In this document: piece after piece, positions 63,790 to 64,000 of the stretch
How positions within the stretch are numbered: position 1 is the stretch's first letter
Layout: each line of letters begins with the position of its first letter
From: Octopus vulgaris
Lineage: Eukaryota
Reading direction: 5' to 3'
DNA: 64,000 nt
Assembly: GCA_951406725.2 (NCBI GenBank)
Contig: OX597820.1
Location: 106,144,001 to 106,208,000, forward strand
The notes under the pieces: generated by a model
Told to the model about the DNA's origin: nothing
What the model saw: the letters and a program-made list of their open reading frames with translations, nothing else
Database searches by the model: none
Translations under genes and position numbers: made by a program

Positions 63790-64000
63790 TGTTTGTTCCT
63801 TCTCGAGCCATACCTGGCTCATAAGGGCCAGTTTCCCAGTTTCCTTGGCGTACAGGTTCTACACCCAGATGGGACGCCAGTCTGTCGCAGGTGAGCTGAA
63901 AGTTGTGAGAGAAAGTTGTGGCGAAAGAGTCAGCAGAAGTTTGCCATTACCTTCTGCCGGAGCCACGTGGAACTTAGGTGTTTCACTCATTAACACACAC
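63790..64000 (-). mobile_element. Probable SINE of a third family, running off the window edge
   Basis: GC-rich block with GATGGGACGCCAGTCTGTCGCAGG, recalled as a SINE central-domain-like motif. Single copy in this window. Confidence 0.4.

Overview
AT-rich, repeat-saturated animal DNA with no host protein-coding exon that I can support. The SINE and LINE families look, from recall only, like those of a coleoid cephalopod (Octopus). The window is a mosaic of decayed RTE-clade LINEs (many copies of one family with a (GAT)n tail), R4/Dong and CR1-like LINE remnants, two tRNA-derived SINE families, Tc1, mariner, pogo, piggyBac and hAT DNA transposons or MITEs, Helitron-like elements, one solo LTR and many microsatellites. 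Most ORFs in the track are microsatellite or pseudogene artefacts. The most notable signal is a set of type I hammerhead ribozyme folds that differ in their helix sequences. The core is intact at 28497-28557 (+), 28838-28916 (-) and 37783-37912 (-), and there are decayed or partial copies at 29-71, 37088-37224, 53613-53761 and 58198-58267. Most lie in short non-coding islands bounded by (TA)n tracts, several have very long rod-like stem II and palindromic stem III, and some have inverted terminal duplications. This fits non-autonomous Penelope-like, (AT)n-targeting retroelements or retrozyme-like RNAs. All folds were read by eye and coordinates of decayed repeats are approximate.
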